Source: Candidatus Uhrbacteria bacterium RIFOXYB12_FULL_58_10 (GTDB lineage: Bacteria > Patescibacteriota > Patescibacteriia > UBA9934 > GWF2-40-263). From it: 64,000 nucleotides of DNA. The first letter of the stretch is position 1. Every line of letters starts with the position of its first letter. Position numbers and translations under genes: made by a program. Location of the stretch: assembly GCA_943354165.1 (NCBI GenBank), contig CALRBH010000003.1, positions 5,149 to 69,148 of the forward strand. Reading direction: 5' to 3'. Below the pieces are notes generated by a model. That model was not told the origin of the DNA. It did no database searches and saw nothing but the letters and a program-made list of their open reading frames with translations. Shown piece by piece: positions 26,455 through 35,332 of the stretch.

Positions 26455-26844
26455 CTAGTTGCTCAGGTCGATGCCGACGTTGGCGAAGTCCTGGTAGGCG
26501 CGCGGCAGGTACTCTTGGTACTCGGGCCGTTCGCCTTTCTTGAGGACGCGGGCGATGGCTTCGCGCAGCGTCTCCGGCTTGCCGGTGACGTCGATGCGGA
26601 GCGGGTCGGTGAGGAAGCCGTTGGCCCAGAGGAAGAGCTGCATGTAGCGCTCGTCCACTTTGGCTTGTTCTTCGACGAAGCGGTTGGCGACGTCCTGGAA
26701 CAGGCGGTCGGCAGTCCACTCGCAGAGGTCGGCGACGTGGATTTTCACGGCGATCGCGTAGATCGCGTTGGCGAAGTCTTCGTCGGTGTCGGGGGGCAAG
26801 TTGATGTTGGGTTCGGTGTGGGAAACGAGCTGGAGCATCATCAT
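26455..26844 (-). CDS. Hypothetical protein
   Basis: The C-terminal ~130 aa of the 210-aa ORF look protein-like. Start taken at MMM (26844); the upstream 80 codons look like non-coding read-through. Confidence 0.45.
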   Translation of the reverse strand: MMMLQLVSHTEPNINLPPDTDEDFANAIYAIAVKIHVADLCEWTADRLFQDVANRFVEEQAKVDERYMQLFLWANGFLTDPLRIDVTGKPETLREAIARVLKKGERPEYQEYLPRAYQDFANVGIDLSN

Positions 26845-27414
26845 GTGGAACCTGCTGGGGAACAGTCGCCGGGCGACCGCCGTGGGCACTTTTAGAGTGG
26901 CCAGGTATGAAGGGAAGAGATGTTCTTCCACTCGTATCTGGCCTCTCACTACACGTTGGCAGTGAGAGGCAGAGAAGCACGTGTTCAGCGCTTCTGTTGG
27001 GAACGTTCTGTGTCTGCATGGAGTACTCGGTGGTGATGACCAGTGGGCGCGGTCGGTGTTTGGAAATGGTTGTTGCCCAGCAAGCAATCAACAAGACGTT
27101 CTTATCAATTCTTTGCTAGGCCTGTGTCTCACGACAGCGGGCGAGTTTGGAAGGAAGGATTAGTATGCGATCTTCTTCTGCTGAGGCGGGAGTGCCTCAG
27201 CCTTCTTAATCGCGAGCGGTGTTTCGTACGTTTCAGGTTCGGGAATCTGGAGGGTGATGGCACATTGACCTGGGCAAGCCCTGGTGTGCGCCGTGGACAT
27301 CAGGCATATGGAGCGAGCGAGCCGAAGCCCGGTCAATCCATTTGATGTCCGTCCACTACGACCGAGGCCGCAATGGGGTTCACTCTCTCCCCCAGATTTC
27401 CGAACCCAAATTTG

Positions 27415-27593
27415 GTACAAAAAACCGACGGATGTCTGCACTCGTTTCTGTTAATTGAGTACAGGCATCCGCCGGCTCAGAATCACGTTTAGGTACGATG
27501 ATTCTAGGGATCGGTGAAAAACCAGATACTCTCTCCCGTTATGAAATTGTTTAGCTTCGGGCTTCGTAGTCCCTCGGCCGATGAACATTTCAA
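27415..27593 (-). ncRNA. Candidate sRNA or terminated leader (~180 nt) ending in an intrinsic terminator
   Basis: Minus-strand hairpin cggatgcctgtactc...gagtgcagacatccg followed by T6 (27415-27470). Contains only a 45-codon ORF with no RBS. No riboswitch class recognised. Confidence 0.35.
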
Positions 27594-27599
27594 CGCGCT

Positions 27600-27629
27600 A
27601 TTTATACCACATTTTGGCAACTTTGTCAA
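27600..27629 (-). promoter_or_regulatory. Candidate strong sigma70-like promoter (minus strand: TTGACA-17-TATAAA)
   Basis: Reverse complement reads gctcTTGACAaagttgccaaaatgtggTATAAAtagc. Confidence 0.45.
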
Positions 27630-27677
27630 GAGCTAAGCGAAGTAATTTGGCTGGGTTGGGGCTTGGAAAGTGTACGC

Positions 27678-27755
27678 AGTTAGTAGTCAGTAGAAAGTAG
27701 ATAGTAGAGTTATCCTTCAAAAACTACTAACTACTTTCTACTAACTACTAACTAA
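27678..27755. repeat. AGTAGWW-heptamer palindromic element, copy 5
   Basis: Left arm 27678-27707 (agttagtagtcagtagaaagtagatagtag), right arm 27724-27755. Lies upstream of holB (ATG 27779). This is the only copy not preceded by a plus-strand CDS. Confidence 0.85.
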
Positions 27756-27778
27756 AGATCCCATGCTATACTCCGCCC

Positions 27779-28696
27779 ATGAATCTCTTTTCCACCATCA
27801 TCGGCCATGAGCAGGCCAAATCCATCCTTTCCCGTCAGATGGAGGGAAACCAGCTTTCCCATGCCTATCTGTTTGTAGGCCCAAACGGGGTAGGACGGAC
27901 CACGATGGCCCATGCCCTCATGCGGGATTTTTTAGGCCTCGTCCCAGGGAGCCAGCTTTCGACCCACCCGGATGTCCTTTGTCTTGAGCGTGAGGTCGAT
28001 GAAGATGGAAAGCGTAAAACGGAAATCGTGGTCTCCGACGCCCGCACCTTCGTGGACTGGTTTTCGCTCTCACCCATTATGGGATCGCGCAAGGCAGCCT
28101 TCGTGGAAGAAGCGGAGCGTCTCAATACGTCGGCAGCAAATGCGCTCCTAAAAACCATCGAGGAGCCGAAAGGGGATACGCTTCTCATTCTTCGTGCTCC
28201 GTCGCTCGACGCGCTTCCGCTTACCATCGCCTCCCGTTGTCAGGTGATGCGCTTCGCGCCGGTGCCGATGAAGACGATCGCCGAAGCCGTCGAAAAACGC
28301 GGACTCGATAAAACAGAAGCGGCTTCCATTGCGCAGATGTCCTTGGGTCGCCCAGGACATGCCATTCGGTTCATTACGGACGGCGCCTTTCGCGCGGCCT
28401 ATGAAGTCGCACAGACACGTGTGCGCGAATGGCACACGTTACCGATCTATGCGCGCGTCCGAGCGGTCGCCGATCTTCTCCCAAAGGAAGAAGCCGACAA
28501 ACGCACCGTCCTTGAAGAAACGTTGAGCGGATTGGAACGCGCGGCACGTGCAGAATTAGTACGATGCGTGGAATCGGATCCGCAAGGGGCGCAGCACTGG
28601 AGCCAGGCTCTGACACGTATCCGCGACGCCCGTCTGGCCGCCTCGCATAACGGAAATCCCCAACTGTGTCTCGAACATGCCGTTTTTGCGCTATAA
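27779..28696 (+). CDS. holB: DNA polymerase III delta-prime subunit
   Basis: AAA+ clamp-loader motifs: HAYLFVGPNGVGRTT (P-loop), SRCQVMRF (sensor). Confidence 0.8.
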   Translation: MNLFSTIIGHEQAKSILSRQMEGNQLSHAYLFVGPNGVGRTTMAHALMRDFLGLVPGSQLSTHPDVLCLEREVDEDGKRKTEIVVSDARTFVDWFSLSPIMGSRKAAFVEEAERLNTSAANALLKTIEEPKGDTLLILRAPSLDALPLTIASRCQVMRFAPVPMKTIAEAVEKRGLDKTEAASIAQMSLGRPGHAIRFITDGAFRAAYEVAQTRVREWHTLPIYARVRAVADLLPKEEADKRTVLEETLSGLERAARAELVRCVESDPQGAQHWSQALTRIRDARLAASHNGNPQLCLEHAVFAL

Positions 28697-28718
28697 TGAT
28701 CCGAACTCATCACAACTT

Positions 28719-29777
28719 ATGAAACACATGAAACTTGCCGTGCCGTTTATTGCTCTCGCCCTTATGGGACTTGGATGCGGTTCAGGCGGCAGCGGTTCCA
28801 AGGCGGCGGACGGAGGCATCTGGAAAACCACAGATGCCGGCGTGAAATTTGCGTCCGCTAACGTACTTTCGGGCGGAAAGAGCATCGGCTCGCTCGCAAC
28901 GGCAAGCGTCATGAACATCGAGATGGATCCGCATGACAGCCAAATCCTGTATGCCTCCACGCGCGAACACGGACTGCTCGTTTCAGAAGACGGCGCCTCC
29001 ACCTGGCAGCAGCCGCGCCAGGCAGCGTTGCGGACCGGATCGGTCGTGGATGTGGAAGCGGATCCAAAGGAGCTTTGCACTGTCTACATCGCCACCCCCA
29101 AACGGCTCATGAAGTCCGACACCTGTCTGCGCACGCTTTATGAGCAAGTGTACGTGGAGAATCGCCCGACCGCCTCCATTACGGACGTGGAAGTGGACTG
29201 GTACAACGCCTCCGCAGTGTGGCTTGGCATGGGCAACGGCGACATCTTCAAGAGCGAGGACGCCGGCAAGACTTGGCGCAAGATCATCACCCTCAAAGGA
29301 GCGGTAACGCAGATGATGGTGTCCAATGCGGACAGCCGTCAGGTGCTGGTTGGGACGGATAAGGATGGCTTATGGAAAACGGTAGATGCGGGCGTCTCTT
29401 GGGTTCAAATTGAGAAGGAGTTGAAAGATTTCCGAAACGGCAATAAGGTGTGGTCTCTCGTACAGGACAAGACTTCGGCCACCGTAGTTGCCGCCACCCA
29501 GTACGGTCTCCTGCGTTCGCAGGATTTCGGCTCTACTTGGGAGGGAATCGCGCTGCTTACGGCCCCTGGCCAGATCACCATCAAGGCGCTCGCGATGGAT
29601 CCGGAAAACGTGAGCAGCATCGCCTTTGCCAGCCTCGGCACGCTTTATTCAACCACGGACGGCGGGGTCACCTGGAAGACAGTGAAGCTTCCAACGGCCC
29701 GTATTCCGGAAGTCCTCATTGCCGATCCGCTTCGTTGGGAAACCATGTACCTCGGCGTTTCCGCCCCACTCAAATAA
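28719..29777 (+). CDS. Lipoprotein with BNR/Asp-box beta-propeller repeats (Ycf48-like)
   Basis: Signal peptide with lipobox LMGLGCGSG. Repeated Asp-box motifs: TTDAGVKF, SEDGASTW, SEDAGKTW, TVDAGVSW, SQDFGSTW, TTDGGVTW. Confidence 0.7.
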   Translation: MKHMKLAVPFIALALMGLGCGSGGSGSKAADGGIWKTTDAGVKFASANVLSGGKSIGSLATASVMNIEMDPHDSQILYASTREHGLLVSEDGASTWQQPRQAALRTGSVVDVEADPKELCTVYIATPKRLMKSDTCLRTLYEQVYVENRPTASITDVEVDWYNASAVWLGMGNGDIFKSEDAGKTWRKIITLKGAVTQMMVSNADSRQVLVGTDKDGLWKTVDAGVSWVQIEKELKDFRNGNKVWSLVQDKTSATVVAATQYGLLRSQDFGSTWEGIALLTAPGQITIKALAMDPENVSSIAFASLGTLYSTTDGGVTWKTVKLPTARIPEVLIADPLRWETMYLGVSAPLK

Positions 29778-29780
29778 TGT

Positions 29781-30335
29781 ATGCATCCGTTCGTCGTCAG
29801 CAAGCAGTCCTCGTTTAAGGCCGTCATTGAACATCTCCAACACGAGCTGTCTTCATTGCGTACCGGCCGGGCCAATCCCGCCATCGTAGAAGACATCAAG
29901 GTGATGGCGTATGAGAGCACGATGGATTTGAAAGGCGTTGCGTCCATCACCGCACAGGACACAAAAACTCTCGTGGTGCAGCCATGGGACAAGTCGCTTC
30001 TGCAGGCGATTGAAAAAGCGATCCGCGACGCGGACATCGGCATCAATCCGGCCGTGGACGGCGGTATCGTTCGCCTCAACTTCCCGATGATGACGGAAGA
30101 GAATCGCAAGAAGCTGGTGAAGACCATGAAGGAATGGTGCGAAGAATCCCGCGTGGCCCTGCGCCAGGTGCGCGAAGCCTCCCGCGAGGAAGTGATGAAG
30201 ATGGAAAAGGCCGGCGACATCGGAGAAGACGAAAAGTTCAAGATGCTCGACGAGCTCGATGAGTACACCAAGGAGCTCACGCGCAACATCGATGAAATCG
30301 CCGAATCGAAGGAGAAAGAAATCATGACGATATAG
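29781..30335 (+). CDS. frr: Ribosome recycling factor
   Basis: 184 aa with typical RRF sequence (LRTGRANPAIVEDIKV...). Confidence 0.9.
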   Translation: MHPFVVSKQSSFKAVIEHLQHELSSLRTGRANPAIVEDIKVMAYESTMDLKGVASITAQDTKTLVVQPWDKSLLQAIEKAIRDADIGINPAVDGGIVRLNFPMMTEENRKKLVKTMKEWCEESRVALRQVREASREEVMKMEKAGDIGEDEKFKMLDELDEYTKELTRNIDEIAESKEKEIMTI

Positions 30336-30415
30336 AGTTAGTAGTAAGTAGTTAGTAGTAAGTAGTTTTACTTACGATCTTTCGACTACTATCTACTAAC
30401 TACTATCTACTAACT
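30336..30415. repeat. AGTAGWW-heptamer palindromic element, copy 6
   Basis: Left arm 30336-30365 immediately after the frr TAG. Right-arm 30-mer 30386-30415 identical to copies 2 and 4. glyQS ATG at 30423. Confidence 0.85.
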
Positions 30416-30422
30416 TCGCACT

Positions 30423-31745
30423 ATGTCAGAAGTCACCATGGATAAGCTCGTCGCTCTTTCGAAGTCACGCGGGTTTGTATTTCCGGGATCCGAAATTTAT
30501 GGCGGGATGGCCAACTCCTGGGACTACGGTCCGCTCGGAGCCGAATTGAAATTCAACGTGAAGAAGGAATGGTGGAAGATGTTCGTGCAGGAGCGTTTGG
30601 ATATGGTCGGCATCGATGCCGCGCTCATCATGAACCCAAAAGTTTGGGAGGCGTCCGGCCATGTAGCCACGTTCACGGACCCGCTCGTGGAGTGCAAAGA
30701 ATGTCATGAACGCTATCGCGCGGACCAGATCGATTTGAAGGCGGCGTGCGCCAAGTGCGGACGCAAGGGAACCTTCACGGAACCGTCGTCCTTCAACCTC
30801 ATGCTGAAAACCTGGATCGGTCCGAAGGAAGACGCCTCGGCCGTTGCGTACTTCCGTCCTGAAACTGCGCAGGCGATGTTCGTCGACTTTCCACAGGTTC
30901 TCCAGACTTCACGCAAGCGCATTCCATTCGGCATCGCGCAGATCGGGAAAGCATTCCGAAACGAGATCACACCAGGAAACTTCATCTTCCGCACCCGCGA
31001 ATTCGAGCAAATGGAAATCGAATATTTTATTCATCCATCCACTTGGGAGACAGTGTTCGAGGAATGGCTCGCCCAGATGAAGCGCTGGATCAAGCACGTC
31101 GGGATCGATGCGGCAAAAATCCACGACCTCGAAGTCCCTGCGGCCGACCTCGCCCACTACTCTAAGCGCACGGTTGATCTTGAGTTCGAGTTCCCGTTCG
31201 GGATCAAGGAACTCTACGGCATCGCGTACCGCACCGACTTCGACCTCAAGAATCATGGGACTCACACGGGGAAGGAGATCACCTATCTCGATCCTGAAAC
31301 GAACGAGAAATACACCCCGCACGTCGTGGAGCCAACCTTCGGTGTGGATCGCACCGTGCTCGCCATCATGTGCAGCGCGTACCACGAAGAAACGCTGACC
31401 GATGAAAAAGGCGAAACAGATACGCGCGTGGTGATGCGTTTCCCGAAGTCCATCGCTCCCATCAAGATCGCCGTCCTCCCGCTCTCCAAGAAAGACGAGC
31501 TCTCTTCCGTCGCACGCCCGCTCGCCGAGCGTCTCGCGAAGCTTTGGAAGACGGAATACGATGAGACGCAGTCCATCGGCAAGCGCTATCGCCGTCAGGA
31601 CGAAATCGGCACGCCGTACTGCATCACGGTGGATTTCGATACGCTGAACGACAACGCCGTCACCGTCCGCGACCGCGACACCATGAAGCAGGAACGAATC
31701 GCTCTTTCTGAACTGGAAGGATATCTCACAAAACAGTTCAACTAA
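30423..31745 (+). CDS. glyQS: Glycine--tRNA ligase (homodimeric class II, GlyQS type)
   Basis: N-terminal SKSRGFVFPGSEIYGG...WDYGPLG motifs of archaeal/eukaryotic-type GlyRS. 440 aa. Confidence 0.9.
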   Translation: MSEVTMDKLVALSKSRGFVFPGSEIYGGMANSWDYGPLGAELKFNVKKEWWKMFVQERLDMVGIDAALIMNPKVWEASGHVATFTDPLVECKECHERYRADQIDLKAACAKCGRKGTFTEPSSFNLMLKTWIGPKEDASAVAYFRPETAQAMFVDFPQVLQTSRKRIPFGIAQIGKAFRNEITPGNFIFRTREFEQMEIEYFIHPSTWETVFEEWLAQMKRWIKHVGIDAAKIHDLEVPAADLAHYSKRTVDLEFEFPFGIKELYGIAYRTDFDLKNHGTHTGKEITYLDPETNEKYTPHVVEPTFGVDRTVLAIMCSAYHEETLTDEKGETDTRVVMRFPKSIAPIKIAVLPLSKKDELSSVARPLAERLAKLWKTEYDETQSIGKRYRRQDEIGTPYCITVDFDTLNDNAVTVRDRDTMKQERIALSELEGYLTKQFN

Positions 31746-31786
31746 TTCCTTCCAAACCTCCCGGACCTCCAAAACCTTCCCAACCT

Positions 31787-33061
31787 ATGTCCGTCGCTCA
31801 CACGCTTCAAAACGGTTTTCGCGTCCGCCTCATTCCATTCGAAGGGACAGACGCCGCCACCGCCCTCATTCTTTTTAAGGTTGGTTCCCGCTACGAGTTC
31901 GAGGAAATCAACGGTGCCGCGCACTACGTTGAGCACCTCATGTTCAAGGGCACCAAGCGCCGCCCTTCGACGACCGATATTTCCAAGGCGCTCGACGGCA
32001 TTGGCGCGGAGTACAACGCGTTCACCAGCAAGAGCTGGACCGGCTACTACATCAAGGCCGAGGCGTCGCATCTTCCGCTCGCGCTCGACATGCTGCACGA
32101 CATGACCTTTCATTCCGTCTACGACAAGAAGGAGATGGACCGCGAGCGTTCCGTGATCATCGAGGAAATCAACATGTACCGCGACAACCCCATGATGCGC
32201 ATCGAGGAACTTCTCGAGGAGCGCATGTTCGAAGGTCCGCTTGGATGGAACATTGGTGGAAGCGAACATACGATGCGGACGATGACACGCAAGAATGTCC
32301 TTGCGTTCCGCGACAAGTTTTACACCCCAGATCGCGCCGTAGTAGTGCTGGCGGGAAAGGTTGGAGAGAACACCATGCCTGTCATCGAAAAGACCTTCGG
32401 ATCTGTGAAGGCTCATGTCGGTGATGCGGCCGCGCCGTTCGTTCCGTACCGCTTGCGCCCATCAACGAAAGGGCATCGGACGATCATTGAAAATAAGGAT
32501 ACGAAGCAGATCCAACTCGCTCTTGGATTCCCGAGCTACGCCATTGGGGATAAGCGCAATCCAGCCGTGAGCTTGCTTGGGAACATTCTCGGTGGCACCA
32601 TGAGCTCAAGGCTCTTTATCAACGTCCGTGAGCGTCGAGGACTCTGCTATTTCATTCGAGCGGGGAATGATCCAATGGAGGACGTAGGCGTATTTACCAT
32701 CAAGTCCGGCCTCGAGTCTGCACGCATGCCGCTTGCAACAAAGACTATTTTCCAGCAGGTGGAGCTCATGAAGAAAAAGGGCGTCACGCCGCGTGAAGTG
32801 CGCGAGGCCAAGGAAAACATCCGCGGCCGGCTGCTCCTCTCTATGGAAGACTCCTCGGACCGTGCCGATTGGTACGCTCACCAGGAACTGTTCCAGAAGG
32901 AGGTTAAGACTCCGGCACAATTCCTTGAGACCATCGCCAAGGTCACGCCCAAGCAGATCCAAGCCGCCGCGAACGACATTCTCAACCGCTCAGAAATGAC
33001 CGTCGCCGGCATCGGCCCCTTTAAGAATGAATCCGATTTCCGAAAAAAGTCCGCCCTGTAA
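31787..33061 (+). CDS. M16-family zinc peptidase (insulinase-like)
   Basis: Inverted zinc motif HYVEH plus downstream E. 424 aa. Confidence 0.8.
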   Translation: MSVAHTLQNGFRVRLIPFEGTDAATALILFKVGSRYEFEEINGAAHYVEHLMFKGTKRRPSTTDISKALDGIGAEYNAFTSKSWTGYYIKAEASHLPLALDMLHDMTFHSVYDKKEMDRERSVIIEEINMYRDNPMMRIEELLEERMFEGPLGWNIGGSEHTMRTMTRKNVLAFRDKFYTPDRAVVVLAGKVGENTMPVIEKTFGSVKAHVGDAAAPFVPYRLRPSTKGHRTIIENKDTKQIQLALGFPSYAIGDKRNPAVSLLGNILGGTMSSRLFINVRERRGLCYFIRAGNDPMEDVGVFTIKSGLESARMPLATKTIFQQVELMKKKGVTPREVREAKENIRGRLLLSMEDSSDRADWYAHQELFQKEVKTPAQFLETIAKVTPKQIQAAANDILNRSEMTVAGIGPFKNESDFRKKSAL

Positions 33062-33091
33062 CTACTGCCCACTGCCTACTCCCTACTGCCT

Positions 33092-33865
33092 ATGAAAACC
33101 ATTGTCGCCAACTGGAAAATGAACGTCGGAACCCGCGAGAGTATCGCGCTCGCTCGATCCGTCCTTTTGGTGCTGCGCGGGAAGAAAGTCATCCCGTCGC
33201 TGGTGGTCTGTCCGCCGTTTACTGCGCTCTCGGAGGTGCGTAAGATCGTCGCGCGTTCGCATGTTGCTCTTGGCGCGCAGGACGCGTCCTGGGAAGCGCA
33301 GGGGAACTTTACGGGCGAGATTTCACTCCGCATGCTCGCCGAACACGGCGTAACGCACGTGATCGTCGGCCATTCGGAGCGCCGTCGCGTTCTTGGGGAG
33401 ACCGATGAAATGGTCGGCAAGAAGTTTGCTGCGGTGCTTGCCGGTGGCCTGACACCTATCCTCTGCGTGGGGGAGACGAAGGCGGAACGCGAGGCCGGGG
33501 AAGCCGAGGCGGTGGTGCGCCGCCAGCTCACAAGCGCCCTGCGCGCGGCTGGAACCGTGCGGAAGGCCATCTGGATCGCTTATGAGCCCGTGTGGGCCAT
33601 CGGAACCGGGGTTTCCGCAGAACCGGCGGATGCGGTAAAGATGCATAGCGCGATTCGATCGATGATCGCCGATATTCTGCCATCCCTCAAAAACCAGGTC
33701 ACCGTGCTGTATGGGGGAAGCGTGGATCCCAAGAATGCCTATGCGTTTCTTCGTGAACAGGAAGTCGATGGCGTGCTCGTCGGCGGAGCGTCCGTGAAAG
33801 CAAACCAATTTGCGGAAATCGTGCAGGCAGGGGTACAGGTCATGGAGGCACAATCGGAAGTATGA
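33092..33865 (+). CDS. tpiA: Triosephosphate isomerase
   Basis: ANWKMN..., IVGHSERR, AYEPVWAIGTG, YGGSV motifs. Confidence 0.9.
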   Translation: MKTIVANWKMNVGTRESIALARSVLLVLRGKKVIPSLVVCPPFTALSEVRKIVARSHVALGAQDASWEAQGNFTGEISLRMLAEHGVTHVIVGHSERRRVLGETDEMVGKKFAAVLAGGLTPILCVGETKAEREAGEAEAVVRRQLTSALRAAGTVRKAIWIAYEPVWAIGTGVSAEPADAVKMHSAIRSMIADILPSLKNQVTVLYGGSVDPKNAYAFLREQEVDGVLVGGASVKANQFAEIVQAGVQVMEAQSEV

Positions 33866-34683
33866 TGTCACTCTTTTGGATCATTCCGCTCATCTTTTTT
33901 GCGGCAGCGAGCCTCGTTGCCCTCGTGGTTGTGATTCGGAAAATTCCGCAGCTCACTGTAGTGGACGCTTCTACTGCCGTAGGAGCGCGCGAGCACAAGG
34001 TGAAAGAGAACATCATCATGCAGCGGTTTGACCGCCTCGGAACGCAAAAGCTTTCCAAGGTCGCTTCGATGGCAACCGCATCGGTGCGTGGGGCCTCCAA
34101 TATCGGACGTCGCGCTGTGCAGCGTCTGTATGCCTTGGAGCAGTATTACCAGAAGCTCAAGAAGATTCCCGGCGCATCCGTCGCCGATCCTGACGCGGTA
34201 AAAAAACTTCTCGCTGAGGCGGAAGCCTTCACGAAGGAAGAGGAATACATCCAGGGGGAAAAGCGGTACATCGAAGTGATCGGACATAATCCAAAGATGG
34301 TCGATGCGTATGAAGGGCTCGGGAACTTGTACCTCAAGGCCAAGCAGCTCGGGCAGGCACGCGAAACGTTCGTGTTTGCGTTGCACCTCTCTCCGGACGA
34401 CGCAAGTATTCACATGAGTTTGGCGGATCTCGATGTCCTGGAAGACCATCTCGAGGACGCGATGAAGCACCTCAGAATTTGCGTGATCAAGCGCCCGAAC
34501 AATCCGAAGTACCTCGACACCTACATCGAAACCGCCCTGAGCGCAAAGTCGATTGAAGATGCAAAGAAGGGAATTACGAGCCTCAAAGCAGCGAACCCGG
34601 AAAACCAGAAGATTGAGGAGTTTGAGCGCAGGCTCGCGGAAATCACCCCATCCCCACCCACAGCACCTTCACAGGAGGCCTAA
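33862..34683 (+). CDS. TPR-repeat membrane-anchored protein
   Basis: N-terminal TM helix, then TPR-like helices (YEGLGNLYLKAKQLGQARETFVFALHLSPDD). Confidence 0.55.
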   Translation: MMSLFWIIPLIFFAAASLVALVVVIRKIPQLTVVDASTAVGAREHKVKENIIMQRFDRLGTQKLSKVASMATASVRGASNIGRRAVQRLYALEQYYQKLKKIPGASVADPDAVKKLLAEAEAFTKEEEYIQGEKRYIEVIGHNPKMVDAYEGLGNLYLKAKQLGQARETFVFALHLSPDDASIHMSLADLDVLEDHLEDAMKHLRICVIKRPNNPKYLDTYIETALSAKSIEDAKKGITSLKAANPENQKIEEFERRLAEITPSPPTAPSQEA

Positions 34684-34763
34684 GGTTTGTTACCATCGCG
34701 ACCAGCCTACGCTCTTGAGAGAGCTTCGGCTGGCAGGCGTTCCCTAAAAAAGAATGCCATAAC

Positions 34764-34839
34764 GCCGACATAGCTCAGTTGGTAGAGCGCATCCATGGTA
34801 AGGATGAGGTCATCGGTTCAATCCCGATTGTCGGCTCCA
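34764..34839 (+). tRNA. tRNA-Thr (anticodon GGT)
   Basis: Manual cloverleaf: acceptor gccgaca/tgtcggc, D-stem gctc/gagc, anticodon stem catcc/ggatg, loop atGGTaa, T-loop ttcaatc. CCA encoded. Confidence 0.85.
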
Positions 34840-34925
34840 GGGCAGGTACCCAAGCGGTCAAAGGGGGGAGACTGTAAATCTCTTGGCTTACGCCTACGTG
34901 GGTTCGAACCCCACCCTGCCCACCA
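34840..34925 (+). tRNA. tRNA-Tyr (anticodon GTA), type II with long variable arm
   Basis: Acceptor gggcagg/cctgccc, anticodon loop ctGTAaa, long variable arm, T-arm gggttcgaacccc. CCA encoded. Confidence 0.85.
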
Positions 34926-35011
34926 TCCTTCGCTCCTTGAGAGGAGCTTCGGCTGGCGGAGCCTGGCAGCGAATGCTGCCGCACCGCCGGACGTAGCCTT
35001 AGCGAAGTCCG
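34926..35011 (+). other. Highly structured 86-nt tRNA spacer containing the recurring gctccttgagaggagcttcgg hairpin motif
   Basis: Outer pairing ccttcgct/agcgaagg. Internal hairpins gctcc-ttgag-aggagc and ggcagc-gaat-gctgcc. Confidence 0.4.
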
Positions 35012-35087
35012 GCCGCCTTAGCTCAGCTGGTAGAGCAACAGTTTTGTAAACTGTAGGTCGTCGGTTCAAATCCGACAGGCGGCTCCA
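35012..35087 (+). tRNA. tRNA-Thr (anticodon TGT)
   Basis: Acceptor gccgcct/aggcggc, anticodon stem acagt/actgt, loop ttTGTaa, T-loop ttcaaat. CCA encoded. Confidence 0.85.
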
Positions 35088-35138
35088 TTGACAGAAACCG
35101 GCTGATCCCGTAAGGTTTCGGCAATTCACCTGATATAT

Positions 35139-35294
35139 ATGTCTCAAGATAATCTCATCAAGCTCGAGTGCATCGAGTGCAAGAAGGTTGGGTACAACAC
35201 CCACAAGAACAAGAAGATGCTCAAGGAACGTCTTGAGCTCTCCAAGTTCTGCAAGTGGTGCCGCGCCCACAACAAGCACAAGGAAACCAAATAA
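35139..35294 (+). CDS. rpmG: 50S ribosomal protein L33
   Basis: 51-aa ORF MSQDNLIKLECIECKKVGYNTHKNKKMLKERLELSKFCKWCRAHNKHKETK with the C4 zinc-ribbon pattern of L33. Below the ORF-track size cutoff. Confidence 0.85.
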   Translation: MSQDNLIKLECIECKKVGYNTHKNKKMLKERLELSKFCKWCRAHNKHKETK

Positions 35295-35332
35295 AAAAGA
35301 AGGCCGCCCAGAGAACCTGGGCGGCTTTTTTA
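35295..35332. terminator. Bidirectional intrinsic terminator
   Basis: A-run, hairpin ggccgcccag-agaa-cctgggcggc, then T6. Lies between convergent rpmG and the 35330-36037 (-) gene. Confidence 0.65.

Noticed and set aside
25702-26895. 397-aa plus-strand ORF
   Set aside because: Composition (Arg/Gly/Val-rich, repetitive) is typical of a GC-rich antisense shadow. The minus-strand genes 25765-26301 (with RBS) and 26455-26844 look genuine instead.
27415-27593. Assignment of the minus-strand leader/sRNA to a known riboswitch class (ZTP, ykkC, TPP considered)
   Set aside because: Only partial short string resemblances (e.g. CCGGCGGAUGCCUG, ACGGGAGAG) and no full consensus architecture. A covariance-model scan is needed.
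33061-33092. ctactgcc/cactgcc/tactccc direct-repeat spacer between the M16 peptidase gene and tpiA as another member of the AGTAG family
   Set aside because: Direct rather than inverted repeats. GC-rich. No hairpin. Probably an unrelated short spacer or RBS-less junction.
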